Positions 9,888-20,528 of a DNA stretch of 64,000 bases are shown here, piece by piece (the first letter of the stretch is position 1; each line of letters opens with the position of its first letter). The DNA comes from a virus. Taxonomy: Duplodnaviria > Caudoviricetes. Location: the IMG/VR virus record IMGVR_UViG_3300002835_000001, positions 192,001 through 256,000 of that record. One strand, written 5' to 3'. The position numbers were made by a program, and so were the translations under genes. The notes beneath the pieces were generated by a model. It did not search any database. It saw nothing but the letters and a program-made list of their open reading frames with translations, and was not told where the DNA came from.

Positions 9888-10400
9888 TTATACTCCTCTA
9901 AATTGACTATCTTGTACTGGTGAACAAGTTATTGATTTATAATATGGTTTAAATCCAAACATATTATGTTTATTGTCCGAAGTTATTTTACCATCATTTA
10001 CCACTTGATAAAATCTAACTTTTAATTCAGATTCGGGATAACCAATATAATCACCATATCTTATATCTATTTTCATTTCTTCTAAATGTTTAATATAAAC
10101 AGATAAAATCATATTTCCCGGCTCAAGGTGCCTCAAAGTCCCATTTTTATATGAACTATTTTTTGGTTCCTCAATTTTAACCAATGCATTAAATTCAACA
10201 GGTGGAAAGAATTTTGTTTGGTCTATACCAACCTCAACATACACGTCATCAATTTGAGTCTTTTCTCTATCTACCCTATATAGAACTAATTTCATATTTA
10301 AATCCCCGTGAAGATATTCTTGACCCATTTGAATATTGAGGTCAAAATCATCTTGAGATAAGAATTTAGATAATCTGGTAATAGGTAACTTATTTTCCAT
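9888..10400 (-). CDS. Head-closure/neck protein (T4 gp14-like)
   Basis: LVLYRVD, KFFPPVE, DIRYGDYI, FYQVVND; position in neck/tail cluster. Confidence 0.6.
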   Translation of the reverse strand: MENKLPITRLSKFLSQDDFDLNIQMGQEYLHGDLNMKLVLYRVDREKTQIDDVYVEVGIDQTKFFPPVEFNALVKIEEPKNSSYKNGTLRHLEPGNMILSVYIKHLEEMKIDIRYGDYIGYPESELKVRFYQVVNDGKITSDNKHNMFGFKPYYKSITCSPVQDSQFRGV

Positions 10401-10448
10401 ATCCTAATAAATAGTTTAATGTTACATTCTATTTACTTATATTTTAAT

Positions 10449-12200
10449 ATGGAAACTAAGATTCCCGAAATAGAGGCAAGAAACATTTTATTAACCTACG
10501 AAGGTTCAAACAACCAATTATTAGATTGGAAGAGAAAATTTGTTGAGGTAAAAAACTTCAAACTAACCCGTCCACAGGCGGAATATGTTCAAAAGTATTA
10601 TAATGTGTCCCCAAAGGTAGCAAGAAAATATATTAACATCGTTAATTCTTTTGGTGAAAAGATAATGGAAGAAAGGTTATTACCTAAACCTCCTGAAAAA
10701 ATATGGTGTGAAAAATTATTATGTGATTCTGAAAAAGCGTTTCATATATGGGGTAAAGTATTAGATAATGACCAATTATCTGCAATGTGGTTACCGAAAG
10801 CCGCAGTGATGCAAGAAGAGAAAAAACTTAATCGAATTATTGATTATAGTAATTACGATACAAGACCTCCCATGGAACACCAGAAGGTTGCCATTGAGAA
10901 GTTATTAGCAAACGATAAGTTTATACTTGCCGATGATATGGGTCTTGGTAAAACGACCTCAGCGGTTATTGCATCTATGGAAAGCGGAGCTAAGAAAGTT
11001 CTTATTGTTTGCCCCGCATCTTTAAAGATAAATTGGGATAGAGAAATTAAAAACTATTCTAACAGAAAAGTGTTAATTGTTGAGGGTCGTAAATGGGGTT
11101 CTACATTTGACTATTATATTATAAACTATGATATTATTAAAAATTACCACTCAACAGATAAGTCTGAAGATAGTGACGACTATAAATTATTGGTTAATGC
11201 CGGTTTTGATTTGGCAATCGTAGATGAGGCACATTATATTTCAAATGCAACGGCAAATAGAACTCGTTTATTAAATGATGTACTTGAACAAATCCCAAAA
11301 GTTTGGTTACTAACGGGTACACCAATGACATCAAGACCTATTAACTATTTTAACTTATTAAAAATTGTTGAATCCCCATTGACATTAAATTGGCAATCTT
11401 ATGTTCGTAGATATTGTAAAGGATATCAATTCAACGTTGGTAATCGTAAAGTGTGGAATACAAGTGGTGCAAGTAATTTAGATGAGTTAAGAGAAAGAAC
11501 TAAGAATATAGTACTTCGTAGAATGAAAACCGACATTCTTGATTTACCCGAAAAAATTGTTACTCCTGTTTTTGTTGAGTTAACAAGTAAAATGTACGAT
11601 GAGGAATTAGAAGAATTCACACGTATTAGTAATGATAAGAAAGATGATGAAACAATCACCGTTACATTAAATCGTTTAATGAGGATTAGACAACTTATTG
11701 CATATGAAAAAATTCCTTACACTTGTGAATTAATTGATAAGTGTTTAGAACAAGGAAAGAAAGTAATTGTATTCACTAATTTTACAATGTCATTAGATAT
11801 GTTACATGAGAAATATAAAAAGAACTCCGTAACTCTTGATGGTCGTATGAATAAAGATAAACGACAAGAAAATGTTGATAGATTTCAAAATGAAGATAAA
11901 ATAAAAGTATTCATTGGTAACATTAAAGCGGCTGGAGTTGGTATTACGTTAACAGCTGCTGAGGTTGTTATTATGAACGACTTATCATTTGTACCGGCCG
12001 ACCATTCACAAGGTGAAGACCGAGCATATAGATATGGACAAAAAAATAGTGTTCTTGTTTATTACCCCGTATTTGAGAACACCGTTGAAAAAATCATCTA
12101 TAATATTCTACAAAGGAAAAAAGGAGTAATTGACCAAGTTATGGGTGATGGTGAATATTCAGAATCTTTTAGTAAAGACTTACTTAAACAACTCCTTTAA
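10449..12200 (+). CDS. SNF2-family helicase (SMARCAL1/HARP-like)
   Basis: LADDMGLGKT, DEAH, LTGTP, GVGITLT, QGEDRAYRYGQ. Confidence 0.95.
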   Translation: METKIPEIEARNILLTYEGSNNQLLDWKRKFVEVKNFKLTRPQAEYVQKYYNVSPKVARKYINIVNSFGEKIMEERLLPKPPEKIWCEKLLCDSEKAFHIWGKVLDNDQLSAMWLPKAAVMQEEKKLNRIIDYSNYDTRPPMEHQKVAIEKLLANDKFILADDMGLGKTTSAVIASMESGAKKVLIVCPASLKINWDREIKNYSNRKVLIVEGRKWGSTFDYYIINYDIIKNYHSTDKSEDSDDYKLLVNAGFDLAIVDEAHYISNATANRTRLLNDVLEQIPKVWLLTGTPMTSRPINYFNLLKIVESPLTLNWQSYVRRYCKGYQFNVGNRKVWNTSGASNLDELRERTKNIVLRRMKTDILDLPEKIVTPVFVELTSKMYDEELEEFTRISNDKKDDETITVTLNRLMRIRQLIAYEKIPYTCELIDKCLEQGKKVIVFTNFTMSLDMLHEKYKKNSVTLDGRMNKDKRQENVDRFQNEDKIKVFIGNIKAAGVGITLTAAEVVIMNDLSFVPADHSQGEDRAYRYGQKNSVLVYYPVFENTVEKIIYNILQRKKGVIDQVMGDGEYSESFSKDLLKQLL

Positions 12201-12386
12201 CTCCTCAATTTTTGAGGTTAGTAAATCGTTAAGTTCTTTATCTTCCACATTCGGAAGGTTAACCACAATTTTTTTTTCGGGTTCTACCGAATAATCGATA
12301 TAATTTTTATCACCTTCTTTTTGGTATGTGAATATGAAATCATTAATACCACAAATTCTAAATAGTTCGTTTAATTTATCGTTCAT
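12180..12386 (-). CDS. Hypothetical protein (68 aa)
   Basis: Fills gap between convergent/divergent genes; typical codon use. Confidence 0.55.
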   Translation of the reverse strand: MNDKLNELFRICGINDFIFTYQKEGDKNYIDYSVEPEKKIVVNLPNVEDKELNDLLTSKIEELKELFK

Positions 12387-12424
12387 AACTTAAATATAAA
12401 CTATTTATAAGAATAAAACAAAAT

Positions 12425-13543
12425 ATGGCGACTATTATTTCACAACCCGAAAAGGACAAATTATATACTCAGGTATTTCACCTATTAGGTATGCCTGTTC
12501 GTGGTATTGAGCTTACTGAAGAACAAATGGACACGTTCCTTGAACTTTCATTATCAGAATATGAACAATATGTATCTGATTGGTTAATAGAATCTCAATG
12601 GTCGGCATTGGCTGGATTAGACGTAGATACACAATCTTTAACTAACGCCTTTACAACTCGAAGTTTAGATTACGAAACTCAATATAGTCACTCATATTCT
12701 AAAATTGTGGGTTTACAGGCAGGTGGTGATAGTGAACTTAAGAAAGATTTCATAACATTAACAGGTGGAACACAAATGTACGAAGTACCTGCTGGACGTG
12801 AAATAAATGAACTATTATGGTTTACAAGATCAGAAATGACGGATACAATTGTTGACCCGTTTGCTGCTGGATTTGGTGGATTAGGTGGTGTCGGGTTTGG
12901 TGGGTTTGGTGGTTTTGCACAAATGGGTGCGTCAGGTGGTTCATATTTTATGATGCCGGCGTTTGATTTATTATTAAGAATGCAAGATAGAAGTCTTAAA
13001 AATAGATTAATTGGTGGTGACTTAACATACAGAATAACTGCAGGTCCTGATGGAAAAAAATATATTCATCTTTATAATGTACCTGGCGGTAGATTTGACT
13101 TTGGTGCAGTTTATAAAAATAACTATCAAGTTTGGTATTGGTACTATGATACCATGGATAGAGACACTTGTTTAGATAAAAACAAAGACGTTATTAAGTT
13201 ACCTTCAGACGTTATGACTGAAGAATTAACGTGGGATAAATTAAATAAACCTTCTCAGAATTGGATTAGAAAATATCTAATCGGTTATTCTAAAGAAGGT
13301 TTAGGTAGAATTTGGAGTAAATTTTCTGGAGACTTACAAGTTCCAGATAGTTCGGTTAAATTAGATTATAGTTCTTTACTTACCGAAGGTAAAGATGAAA
13401 GATTAAAGTTGGTTGAAGAATTAATGGCTCGATTAGAAAGACTCCGTCCCGATAAAATTCTTGAGAGAAAAGGTGCTGAGGCTGAAAATTTAAATAAAGC
13501 ACTTAAGTTCAGACCAATGCAGTCTCCATACAATATCATTTAA
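12425..13543 (+). CDS. Neck/head-tail adaptor protein (T4 gp13-like)
   Basis: LLGMPVRGIELTEEQM, WIRKYLIGYSKEGLGRIWSKF; TATTTATA at 12402-12409. Confidence 0.75.
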   Translation: MATIISQPEKDKLYTQVFHLLGMPVRGIELTEEQMDTFLELSLSEYEQYVSDWLIESQWSALAGLDVDTQSLTNAFTTRSLDYETQYSHSYSKIVGLQAGGDSELKKDFITLTGGTQMYEVPAGREINELLWFTRSEMTDTIVDPFAAGFGGLGGVGFGGFGGFAQMGASGGSYFMMPAFDLLLRMQDRSLKNRLIGGDLTYRITAGPDGKKYIHLYNVPGGRFDFGAVYKNNYQVWYWYYDTMDRDTCLDKNKDVIKLPSDVMTEELTWDKLNKPSQNWIRKYLIGYSKEGLGRIWSKFSGDLQVPDSSVKLDYSSLLTEGKDERLKLVEELMARLERLRPDKILERKGAEAENLNKALKFRPMQSPYNII

Positions 13544-16437
13544 CTTTCGGTTACGTGTAAAATTAAATCACCATTATCGTTACCGATAATTTCGTCTTCA
13601 TTACTTACAGTACTTGCAGCTTGTAATTGTAGAACCTTTCTGTTGTGGTCAACCCAATATTGGTCAACAAGTTCAAGACTATTTTCAACATACATAAAGA
13701 ATGGGTCACGACCAACCTTATTCCAAAATACAACCTCACTATCGGAAAGAGTCATAACCTCGTCAAATTTATCTTGACCACTTTCCTTCAATGGATAACC
13801 ATTAACTAACTCACATTGATTTCTTGTAAAGTATTGTCTATCTTTTGGATCCTCAATTAAAATATCTTCTCTAATCTCAGGTTTAAATGCAACTAATAGA
13901 GGTTCAACACGTTTATTAAAATTGTTTAAATAACGAGCAACATTATAATCACCTAATAAGTTTGGATTATCTGTAATTTCTTTTTCAGGAATCATATAAC
14001 AACTCACCTCAATATAACCATCAGGCATTGGGTATCCATGTTTCGCGGTAAACTCTTCTTGTTGTTTCTTTGTTGGTTTAGTTACCTTCTGTACATCACC
14101 CGATGATTTCTTAGTTCCATTATTAACATAGAAAATTGTATCACCTAAACCTGCGGGATAATCATTCTGTAAAATTAATTCCATGTGCGCTTGTCTAGAC
14201 ATTAGTGAACCAGACTTTGTAGTTTTCTGAATGTGTTTTTTATAATCACTAACTGATTGTTTAACACGAGCCTTGTTTGCAATTTTAGCTAATGGAATTT
14301 CTTTATTATAAATCTTATCCACATAATTGTAGTATAGTTCTACAAAAGAATGACCATCACCATTTAACAAATACTTTAAACCTTCATCTAAGAACTCAAC
14401 AACATATGTTTGTAATTTTTTAGACTTAATAGTGTTACCCGTTAATTTAATTTTCTCTTTACCTTTCTTAATTAACTTAATGATATAATTTTTACGTGAA
14501 ACATTAATACAAGCAGGTGCAGTATAATCAATATCAAGACCCATTTCATTTCTCATAAAAATATCATTAAATTCCGCAGTGTGAGCTTCAATACCTTTAT
14601 ATTCTTTACCTTCCTTAACAAGTTCATTAAGACCCTTACCAATATACACAGCTTCTAATGCACTATCGGGTGTTTCAAAGTTTACACCATCAGTATCCAT
14701 TACAAGAGGTTTATAACCTTTCTGCATATAGAACATAATCATCATACGAAGACATTGACGACCAATACAGGTAATCGTTTCACCTGAATCCATTTCACCC
14801 CACGGGAATACATGTGGTGCAGATAATGAACCAAAATATGCGTTAATAAAAATCTTAATCGGTAATTGTTTACGATCATACATTTCTGAAGCAACGGGAT
14901 CACTATCTTTTAATTCACCGGCAAGATGTTTATATTTGATACGAATATTTCTAAAGTATTTTAACATTGATTTTTGCACACCCATAACATCACAATCAGG
15001 GAACACATCATATACTAATTGAATTGATGGATATAGTGATGAGTAGTCAAACTTTACAATATTCTTTGCAAACCCCACATTTAATAAACGTGATAATCCA
15101 CCAGTAAATGGTCTTTTCTCATCCTTAGCGGGTATTGCTAAATTATTTTCATATGACCACGCCAACATGATAATTTTCCATAATGTGGCGGTTCCCATTG
15201 TGGCAATTCTTTCATACGTTGTTGGTACTAATTTAGAAAGTAAAAATGTTGATTGTGAAAATGAATCATCAACAACCATTGTCTCATACAAGTCATCGTC
15301 AAGATATTGTTCTACAATTTTTCTACCTGGCCATATTTCAAACTTACCGGGGAACCTCTCCATTAATCTATCGGTACCTGTATCACCAATCTTTTTGTAA
15401 CCACCTGTCTTAGGGTTTACGTAATAACTTTCATTATCTAAATAAATTTTAGATATTTGATTACCCTCAACATACACACGATTCGGTTTTTCTTTCTCCA
15501 AATATGTTGTGATATATTTCAATCCCCACGATTTAATTTCGGAGTTAATCGCCTGAGCTCTACGAACAGAGTGTGCAATATCAATAATATTAAAACCCCA
15601 AATAACGTGCTGAGTGTAATCCTCAATTTCATTTGCAAGTTTTAACATTCCCTTTTTTTCTTTCATTCCTGTACTTGTGAATATTTGAGTTAACCCATTA
15701 ATATCAACACCAAGAATTTGTGCACGTTTTAAAATAAACGGCCAGTCAAAGAAAGCGGAGTTATAACCAGCAACAATCGTTGGTTTTAAATCTTTAATAT
15801 ATTGTAAAAATCTCTCAATACATTTCTTTTCACCATCTTCACCAAATGCGGGAATTGTTTCTTGTAGACCACGATTATCCTTAACCCCAATCAAAATGAT
15901 TTTACAAGTTTCAGGATCTAAACCCGTGGTCTCAATATCAAATACAAATCGATAAACATCACCATAATCTTCTATTCCCTTAAACAATCGTTTTCTTGTT
16001 TGAACAAGATATTGTTCAACAGGAGATAAAATGGTAAAATGTTTTCTTACTTCTTCTCCCCATGGGTCAAGTCCACCAGTTTTAAAAAAATTGATTAAAT
16101 CGGTGTAACTCTTAATACTTTTAACTAAGAATTTCATACCACCCTCCAAACGACTATTACCATGAGTTTCTAACTTTTCAATGATAATCCCGTACTTACC
16201 CATCATTTGTTTTTGAGTTGATTTGGAGTTACCATAAAAATTAAGATTAGATAAGTCTCCGACCCATAAAAATGGTACGAACGAATCTGTTTTAACAATT
16301 TTACCCTTTATTGGGTCCTGAATAATTTTGGATATTGAGTTGGAGGGATAGTCATATTCGACACCTACGATGTATTTCTCATCGTCTCCCCCATTTAGAA
16401 AGTTTTCGATAACTTCCTGAGAGATAACTTCTTTCAT
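13540..16437 (-). CDS. polB: Family B DNA polymerase with 3'-5' exonuclease
   Basis: FDIETTG, YNSAFFDWPF, FDYSSLYPSI, KIFINAYFG, MDTDG. Confidence 0.96.
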   Translation of the reverse strand: MKEVISQEVIENFLNGGDDEKYIVGVEYDYPSNSISKIIQDPIKGKIVKTDSFVPFLWVGDLSNLNFYGNSKSTQKQMMGKYGIIIEKLETHGNSRLEGGMKFLVKSIKSYTDLINFFKTGGLDPWGEEVRKHFTILSPVEQYLVQTRKRLFKGIEDYGDVYRFVFDIETTGLDPETCKIILIGVKDNRGLQETIPAFGEDGEKKCIERFLQYIKDLKPTIVAGYNSAFFDWPFILKRAQILGVDINGLTQIFTSTGMKEKKGMLKLANEIEDYTQHVIWGFNIIDIAHSVRRAQAINSEIKSWGLKYITTYLEKEKPNRVYVEGNQISKIYLDNESYYVNPKTGGYKKIGDTGTDRLMERFPGKFEIWPGRKIVEQYLDDDLYETMVVDDSFSQSTFLLSKLVPTTYERIATMGTATLWKIIMLAWSYENNLAIPAKDEKRPFTGGLSRLLNVGFAKNIVKFDYSSLYPSIQLVYDVFPDCDVMGVQKSMLKYFRNIRIKYKHLAGELKDSDPVASEMYDRKQLPIKIFINAYFGSLSAPHVFPWGEMDSGETITCIGRQCLRMMIMFYMQKGYKPLVMDTDGVNFETPDSALEAVYIGKGLNELVKEGKEYKGIEAHTAEFNDIFMRNEMGLDIDYTAPACINVSRKNYIIKLIKKGKEKIKLTGNTIKSKKLQTYVVEFLDEGLKYLLNGDGHSFVELYYNYVDKIYNKEIPLAKIANKARVKQSVSDYKKHIQKTTKSGSLMSRQAHMELILQNDYPAGLGDTIFYVNNGTKKSSGDVQKVTKPTKKQQEEFTAKHGYPMPDGYIEVSCYMIPEKEITDNPNLLGDYNVARYLNNFNKRVEPLLVAFKPEIREDILIEDPKDRQYFTRNQCELVNGYPLKESGQDKFDEVMTLSDSEVVFWNKVGRDPFFMYVENSLELVDQYWVDHNRKVLQLQAASTVSNEDEIIGNDNGDLILHVTES

Positions 16438-16500
16438 GTTTTATATTTTTTAAATGTGACGTATTAGCTTACCATTAAATGGTAGTTTGTCTTAACATTA

Positions 16501-16508
16501 CAAATATA
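16501..16508 (-). promoter_or_regulatory. Bacteroidota-type -7 element TATATTTG upstream of polB
   Basis: Matches TAnnTTTG; 63 nt upstream of start. Confidence 0.55.
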
Positions 16509-16524
16509 AACAAAAAGTCTTAAT

Positions 16525-16893
16525 TTAAGAAATATTAATAAATAATTTCTCTTTTACAGGTAAAATGAGTTTGTTTGTTGGGTTTCCGTCAGTATCCTTG
16601 AATTGAACTATGACCTTTCCTTCGTATTTACCTGAATTTAACGTATGTTCTTCTGTGAACCTATGTGTTATATAATATTCGTCTGTGGTTTGGTTATATA
16701 ATTTTATTCTTGTGGTAACGTAACATGTGGAATCTAAAATGATTGGAGTATCTGTTTTAATGTCAGACATCTCAAATGTAATATCTGCATTTTCTAATAA
16801 ATCATTAAATGAGGATTTATCGTTTTTACCATCATCAATCAGTCTCATTTTTAATATTGGGTCAGACGCCCCTTGTCTTATAAAGAATTCCAT
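16525..16893 (-). CDS. BppU-like baseplate/virion beta-sandwich protein
   Basis: MEFFIRQG-P-LKMRL...G-YEG-V-V-F...ILP; late motif at 16898-16905. Confidence 0.5.
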   Translation of the reverse strand: MEFFIRQGASDPILKMRLIDDGKNDKSSFNDLLENADITFEMSDIKTDTPIILDSTCYVTTRIKLYNQTTDEYYITHRFTEEHTLNSGKYEGKVIVQFKDTDGNPTNKLILPVKEKLFINIS

Positions 16894-16942
16894 ATGTTAT
16901 AAATAGTTTTATAATTCGAATATATTAATTGTATCTCTCATA

Positions 16943-18850
16943 CTACGGTGTTGGGCAAATATATATTTCATTTATTTGTCCAGAAACATAACCATTAACC
17001 GGAGGACTATATGTACTGGTGAATTTAAATGACCTTATCGCCGGAACACCTAAAGTATCGGATAAATAAATATAATTTCCACCAGATGGCCAACCCAAAG
17101 TATATGTTGATGATCCAATTGATTTTTCATATACATAATCACCAAGGTTAGGTAGTGTACCACTTCCCAAGAAATATAATTCACTATTATTCATATATTC
17201 TATTGTTGTGTTTCCACAATAAGCATCTTGAGGGGAGCTGTTAATATTATATGCCGCATATACTCTTTTATATGTTGGTACCGGTGTACTAGTTGGACTA
17301 CTTGTAGGAGTGGGTGTTGGGGTTGAAGTAGATGTACTAGTTGGTATAGGTGTTGATGTTGGTGGTAATGGAGTACTAGTATTTGTAGGTGTTGATGTTG
17401 GTGGTAATGGAGTACTAGTATTTGTAGGTGTTGGGGTTGGAGTGGATGACCCCGTAGGTGTTGGAGTAGGTAGTGCAGATAAACTATCCACACACTTAAC
17501 CCCACACTCAACGATTTCAAAATTTGGTTTTATCTCAGTTAGATAGTGATGTCTAACTCTTGGGAAATTTAATGGCTCCTCAAAATATTTAATTGATTTG
17601 ATATTAAAACATGAAACACCTGAATGAATTCCACTCATTAATCCAGTTCCACCACCCCAAGATTGAATAAACGGTTGAGTTCCTCTCTTTGAAGGTATAA
17701 TTTCCTCCCAATTTTCTAACTTATATATTGGTCTACCGTTTAAGTATATCTTCAAAGTCCCCAACCTCCTTTGTCTTTCATTCGCCCATTTCTTATTTAA
17801 AACTTCAGAATTATTTAAAAGAGCTAATTGTGTTGATGTTACTGCAGTCACTTCTATGTTTTGATACGGACTCACAATAAATTCTGGAATTAAATCATTC
17901 TGTCCCCCGTCATTTTCAAGATCACAATCCGTATAATGTTTATATCTATCAAAAACAATTGTAACATTAAAATTATTAGTTAACCCCGTAGTACACAATG
18001 TTGGAGTTTGTCCACTTGAAATATAAAAAGATTCTCCATATGCCAAATCATTAACACATGCACCAGAATAATGTCTTGATATCCACTTAATTCTAGCATC
18101 TGATGTAAATTGAAAAGATAGGTTATTATCGGCGTAGTCGGTTAAATCATCGTCCCCTCTAACACCTAAATAATAAAAAACACTTCCCGATGACCACGGT
18201 AAAGAATTTCTATTAAATATGAAATCTAAAGTCCACCCATTTTCAGGTCTTCTTTTTAATTTAGGAGTACAATAATCAGTACCTAATCCCTCATTAAAAT
18301 CAAATGCCCATGGTTTTACATTTGTTTTTGGGGATTGAGCCGAGCATGCATTAAAATTTATAATATTTCTCCTACTTTTGTAGATGTCTGAAGTAAACCC
18401 CGAAATAAGGGCTGATTCTGTATAACCCGTTAAAATGTTAGATGTATATCCCGTTTGATTATATCCTAAAATTTTAAAATAATGAGTTCTTCCACTAATA
18501 AGTGTGAATTTAAATCTATTGCTATCTAAAATAGTATGTGTAAACCCTGTCCCAAAATATGATACAAAATTACTATACGGTAAAGTCATTGATAATCCAG
18601 AATAGGTATAAGAACTTAATAAGTCACTTATATTATCCTCCTCAAGGGTGATTCTATCTTTTGTGCAATCTAAATTATTTAAGTTATCATCTATTTTTAA
18701 TGAATCGTAGACTATGAGTGTACTCAAATCTAACGCATCTGCATCATAATCACCTTGGGTTTTACTCAACTCAAAATCATATAATTCGGAAGAATCTAAT
18801 TTTAATTCCAATCTTGACCCATAAAAATTTAAAATATTCTGTCTATTCAT
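16943..18850 (-). CDS. Virion protein with lectin/ConA-like region, Pro/Thr linker and C-terminal module
   Basis: GWTLDFIFNR, GTLKIYLNG, long PT/PS linker; start after late motif at 18856-18863. Confidence 0.55.
   Translation of the reverse strand: MNRQNILNFYGSRLELKLDSSELYDFELSKTQGDYDADALDLSTLIVYDSLKIDDNLNNLDCTKDRITLEEDNISDLLSSYTYSGLSMTLPYSNFVSYFGTGFTHTILDSNRFKFTLISGRTHYFKILGYNQTGYTSNILTGYTESALISGFTSDIYKSRRNIINFNACSAQSPKTNVKPWAFDFNEGLGTDYCTPKLKRRPENGWTLDFIFNRNSLPWSSGSVFYYLGVRGDDDLTDYADNNLSFQFTSDARIKWISRHYSGACVNDLAYGESFYISSGQTPTLCTTGLTNNFNVTIVFDRYKHYTDCDLENDGGQNDLIPEFIVSPYQNIEVTAVTSTQLALLNNSEVLNKKWANERQRRLGTLKIYLNGRPIYKLENWEEIIPSKRGTQPFIQSWGGGTGLMSGIHSGVSCFNIKSIKYFEEPLNFPRVRHHYLTEIKPNFEIVECGVKCVDSLSALPTPTPTGSSTPTPTPTNTSTPLPPTSTPTNTSTPLPPTSTPIPTSTSTSTPTPTPTSSPTSTPVPTYKRVYAAYNINSSPQDAYCGNTTIEYMNNSELYFLGSGTLPNLGDYVYEKSIGSSTYTLGWPSGGNYIYLSDTLGVPAIRSFKFTSTYSPPVNGYVSGQINEIYICPTP
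17347..17433. repeat. 39-bp tandem repeat (about 2.2 copies) encoding PTSTPTNTSTPLP
   Basis: taggtgttgatgttggtggtaatggagtactagtatttg at 17347 and 17386. Confidence 0.9.
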
Positions 18851-18903
18851 GTTTCTATAAATATCTTTCATAAGATTTGATATTTATAATAAAACCGATT
18901 TAG

Positions 18904-19656
18904 ATGAATAATTTTATAAAACAGGTAATCGAAGAGAAATTTGCATCAAAAGCGCAACAAAGATACTTTTTTGCTAAGGAGAACGAAAAGGGTGCATCAA
19001 AGAAAGAAAAGTCGAAATGGGGTAAAATGGCCAAAGAATTTTCAGATAAAACAAAATATGACGAAATACCAGATAAAGCGGGAGAAAAAGAAGTAGACGA
19101 GATTGTAGATAAAAATGGTAACGTTGCTAGAGGTAAGAAACCAACAAATTTTAACACAAAAGGAATAACACAAAATAAAACAACTGATGAAGTTGTTAAA
19201 AGTGCTAGTGGTCAAACATCACTATCACCTAGTCTTGGTTTTGGGTATAGAAGATATTGGGCAGAATCCGATATGAGTAAATCTTTAGGGTATGATGATA
19301 CTTTAGGTCAAGATGCTGATTATGATGACGCAAAGGACCATTTTGAGGATGATTTAGGTTTAACAGATGATGAGGCCGAAGAAAGGTTGGCTAAAATGGG
19401 ATATGATGAAAAACTAAAAAATACCGATAAAGTTAGATTAGTTGAAAATCCTAAAAAGTTCATGGAGGAATACATTGAAAGTATCTTAGCTAAGAAATCT
19501 AAAGATAGTGAGATTGTTTCTAACGATGGTGACCAAATGGAAGAAAAGGAAATAAATCCAATTGTTGCAAAACAATTAAAATCTCTTAAAAATAGTTTAA
19601 AAAGTCATAATTTATCAATTAATGATATTATGAAACATTTAAAAGACAATGAATAA
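18904..19656 (+). CDS. Hypothetical acidic/basic protein, probable head protein
   Basis: 250 aa ORF; TATTTATA at 18881-18888; KQVIEE N-terminus. Confidence 0.6.
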   Translation: MNNFIKQVIEEKFASKAQQRYFFAKENEKGASKKEKSKWGKMAKEFSDKTKYDEIPDKAGEKEVDEIVDKNGNVARGKKPTNFNTKGITQNKTTDEVVKSASGQTSLSPSLGFGYRRYWAESDMSKSLGYDDTLGQDADYDDAKDHFEDDLGLTDDEAEERLAKMGYDEKLKNTDKVRLVENPKKFMEEYIESILAKKSKDSEIVSNDGDQMEEKEINPIVAKQLKSLKNSLKSHNLSINDIMKHLKDNE

Positions 19657-20146
19657 CGATTTAAAAGATAGGGTATTTAACATTCCACAAAACATACTGC
19701 ATAAAATCAGTCAAACTGTTATGCATTTAAATGGGCAACACGCTGACGGGAAAGAAAGGGCAGAAAAGTTACTTAAAGACGGAACAGTAAAGTATGGTCA
19801 ATTAAAGAAAATTATCCACGAATTAACATATATGGATAAAGTTAAAGATAAATTGAAATTTGAATTAGCGGGTGGGGACCTAATGAATAATTGGTCAAAA
19901 ACGCATTTACAAGGTGAAAGAGATATGGTGAGTAATAAAAAAGATTCAAGAAAAAGAGCAGATGAAATAGGTGCAATTAGTGGTGAGCGTTCAAATAGTC
20001 ACCTTAAAACACACTCAAAAAAATCAAGTACATTTCCGTCATTGAATATGATGAAAAGTAATTCACATAAAAACACAATAAGTCCAATTGTTTCTTTGGG
20101 TTTATTTGAACAAATTGAAAAATTTAAAAAATTAATACGTTATTAA
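19649..20146 (+). CDS. Hypothetical protein
   Basis: 165 aa; overlaps upstream stop; ends LFEQIEKFKKLIRY. Confidence 0.65.
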   Translation: MNNDLKDRVFNIPQNILHKISQTVMHLNGQHADGKERAEKLLKDGTVKYGQLKKIIHELTYMDKVKDKLKFELAGGDLMNNWSKTHLQGERDMVSNKKDSRKRADEIGAISGERSNSHLKTHSKKSSTFPSLNMMKSNSHKNTISPIVSLGLFEQIEKFKKLIRY

Positions 20147-20147
20147 T

Positions 20148-20525
20148 ATGGCAACACAATTAGAAATCTTAGCACAGAAGTTTAGAACTGAAATTTTAGG
20201 ACCGAACATCTATAACGAACAAAAATTCTATTCTTCCACAAATAAAAATGCGTTATCTGATGGTGACGTTAAAGGTAAGGGTGAACTAGATAATTCAATA
20301 GGGTCATCTGTTGATGTCCAAAATAGAATTGATAATGTTGGGAGAAACAGATTTAATAAAGAAAATAATTACTCTTCAATAAACAAAGATGCACTATCTG
20401 ATGGTGACGAAAAGGGTAAGGGTGAATTAGATGGTAAAGTTGGTTCATTGACAGATATTAAATCAAGAACTGATGTTGTTGCAAGAAACAAATACAATCC
20501 ATCAAAAGGATACCCCGATTTTTAA
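20148..20525 (+). CDS. Hypothetical protein with two internal ~46-aa repeats
   Basis: NK(N/D)ALSDGD(V/E)KGKGELD twice. Confidence 0.7.
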   Translation: MATQLEILAQKFRTEILGPNIYNEQKFYSSTNKNALSDGDVKGKGELDNSIGSSVDVQNRIDNVGRNRFNKENNYSSINKDALSDGDEKGKGELDGKVGSLTDIKSRTDVVARNKYNPSKGYPDF

Positions 20526-20528
20526 TTT

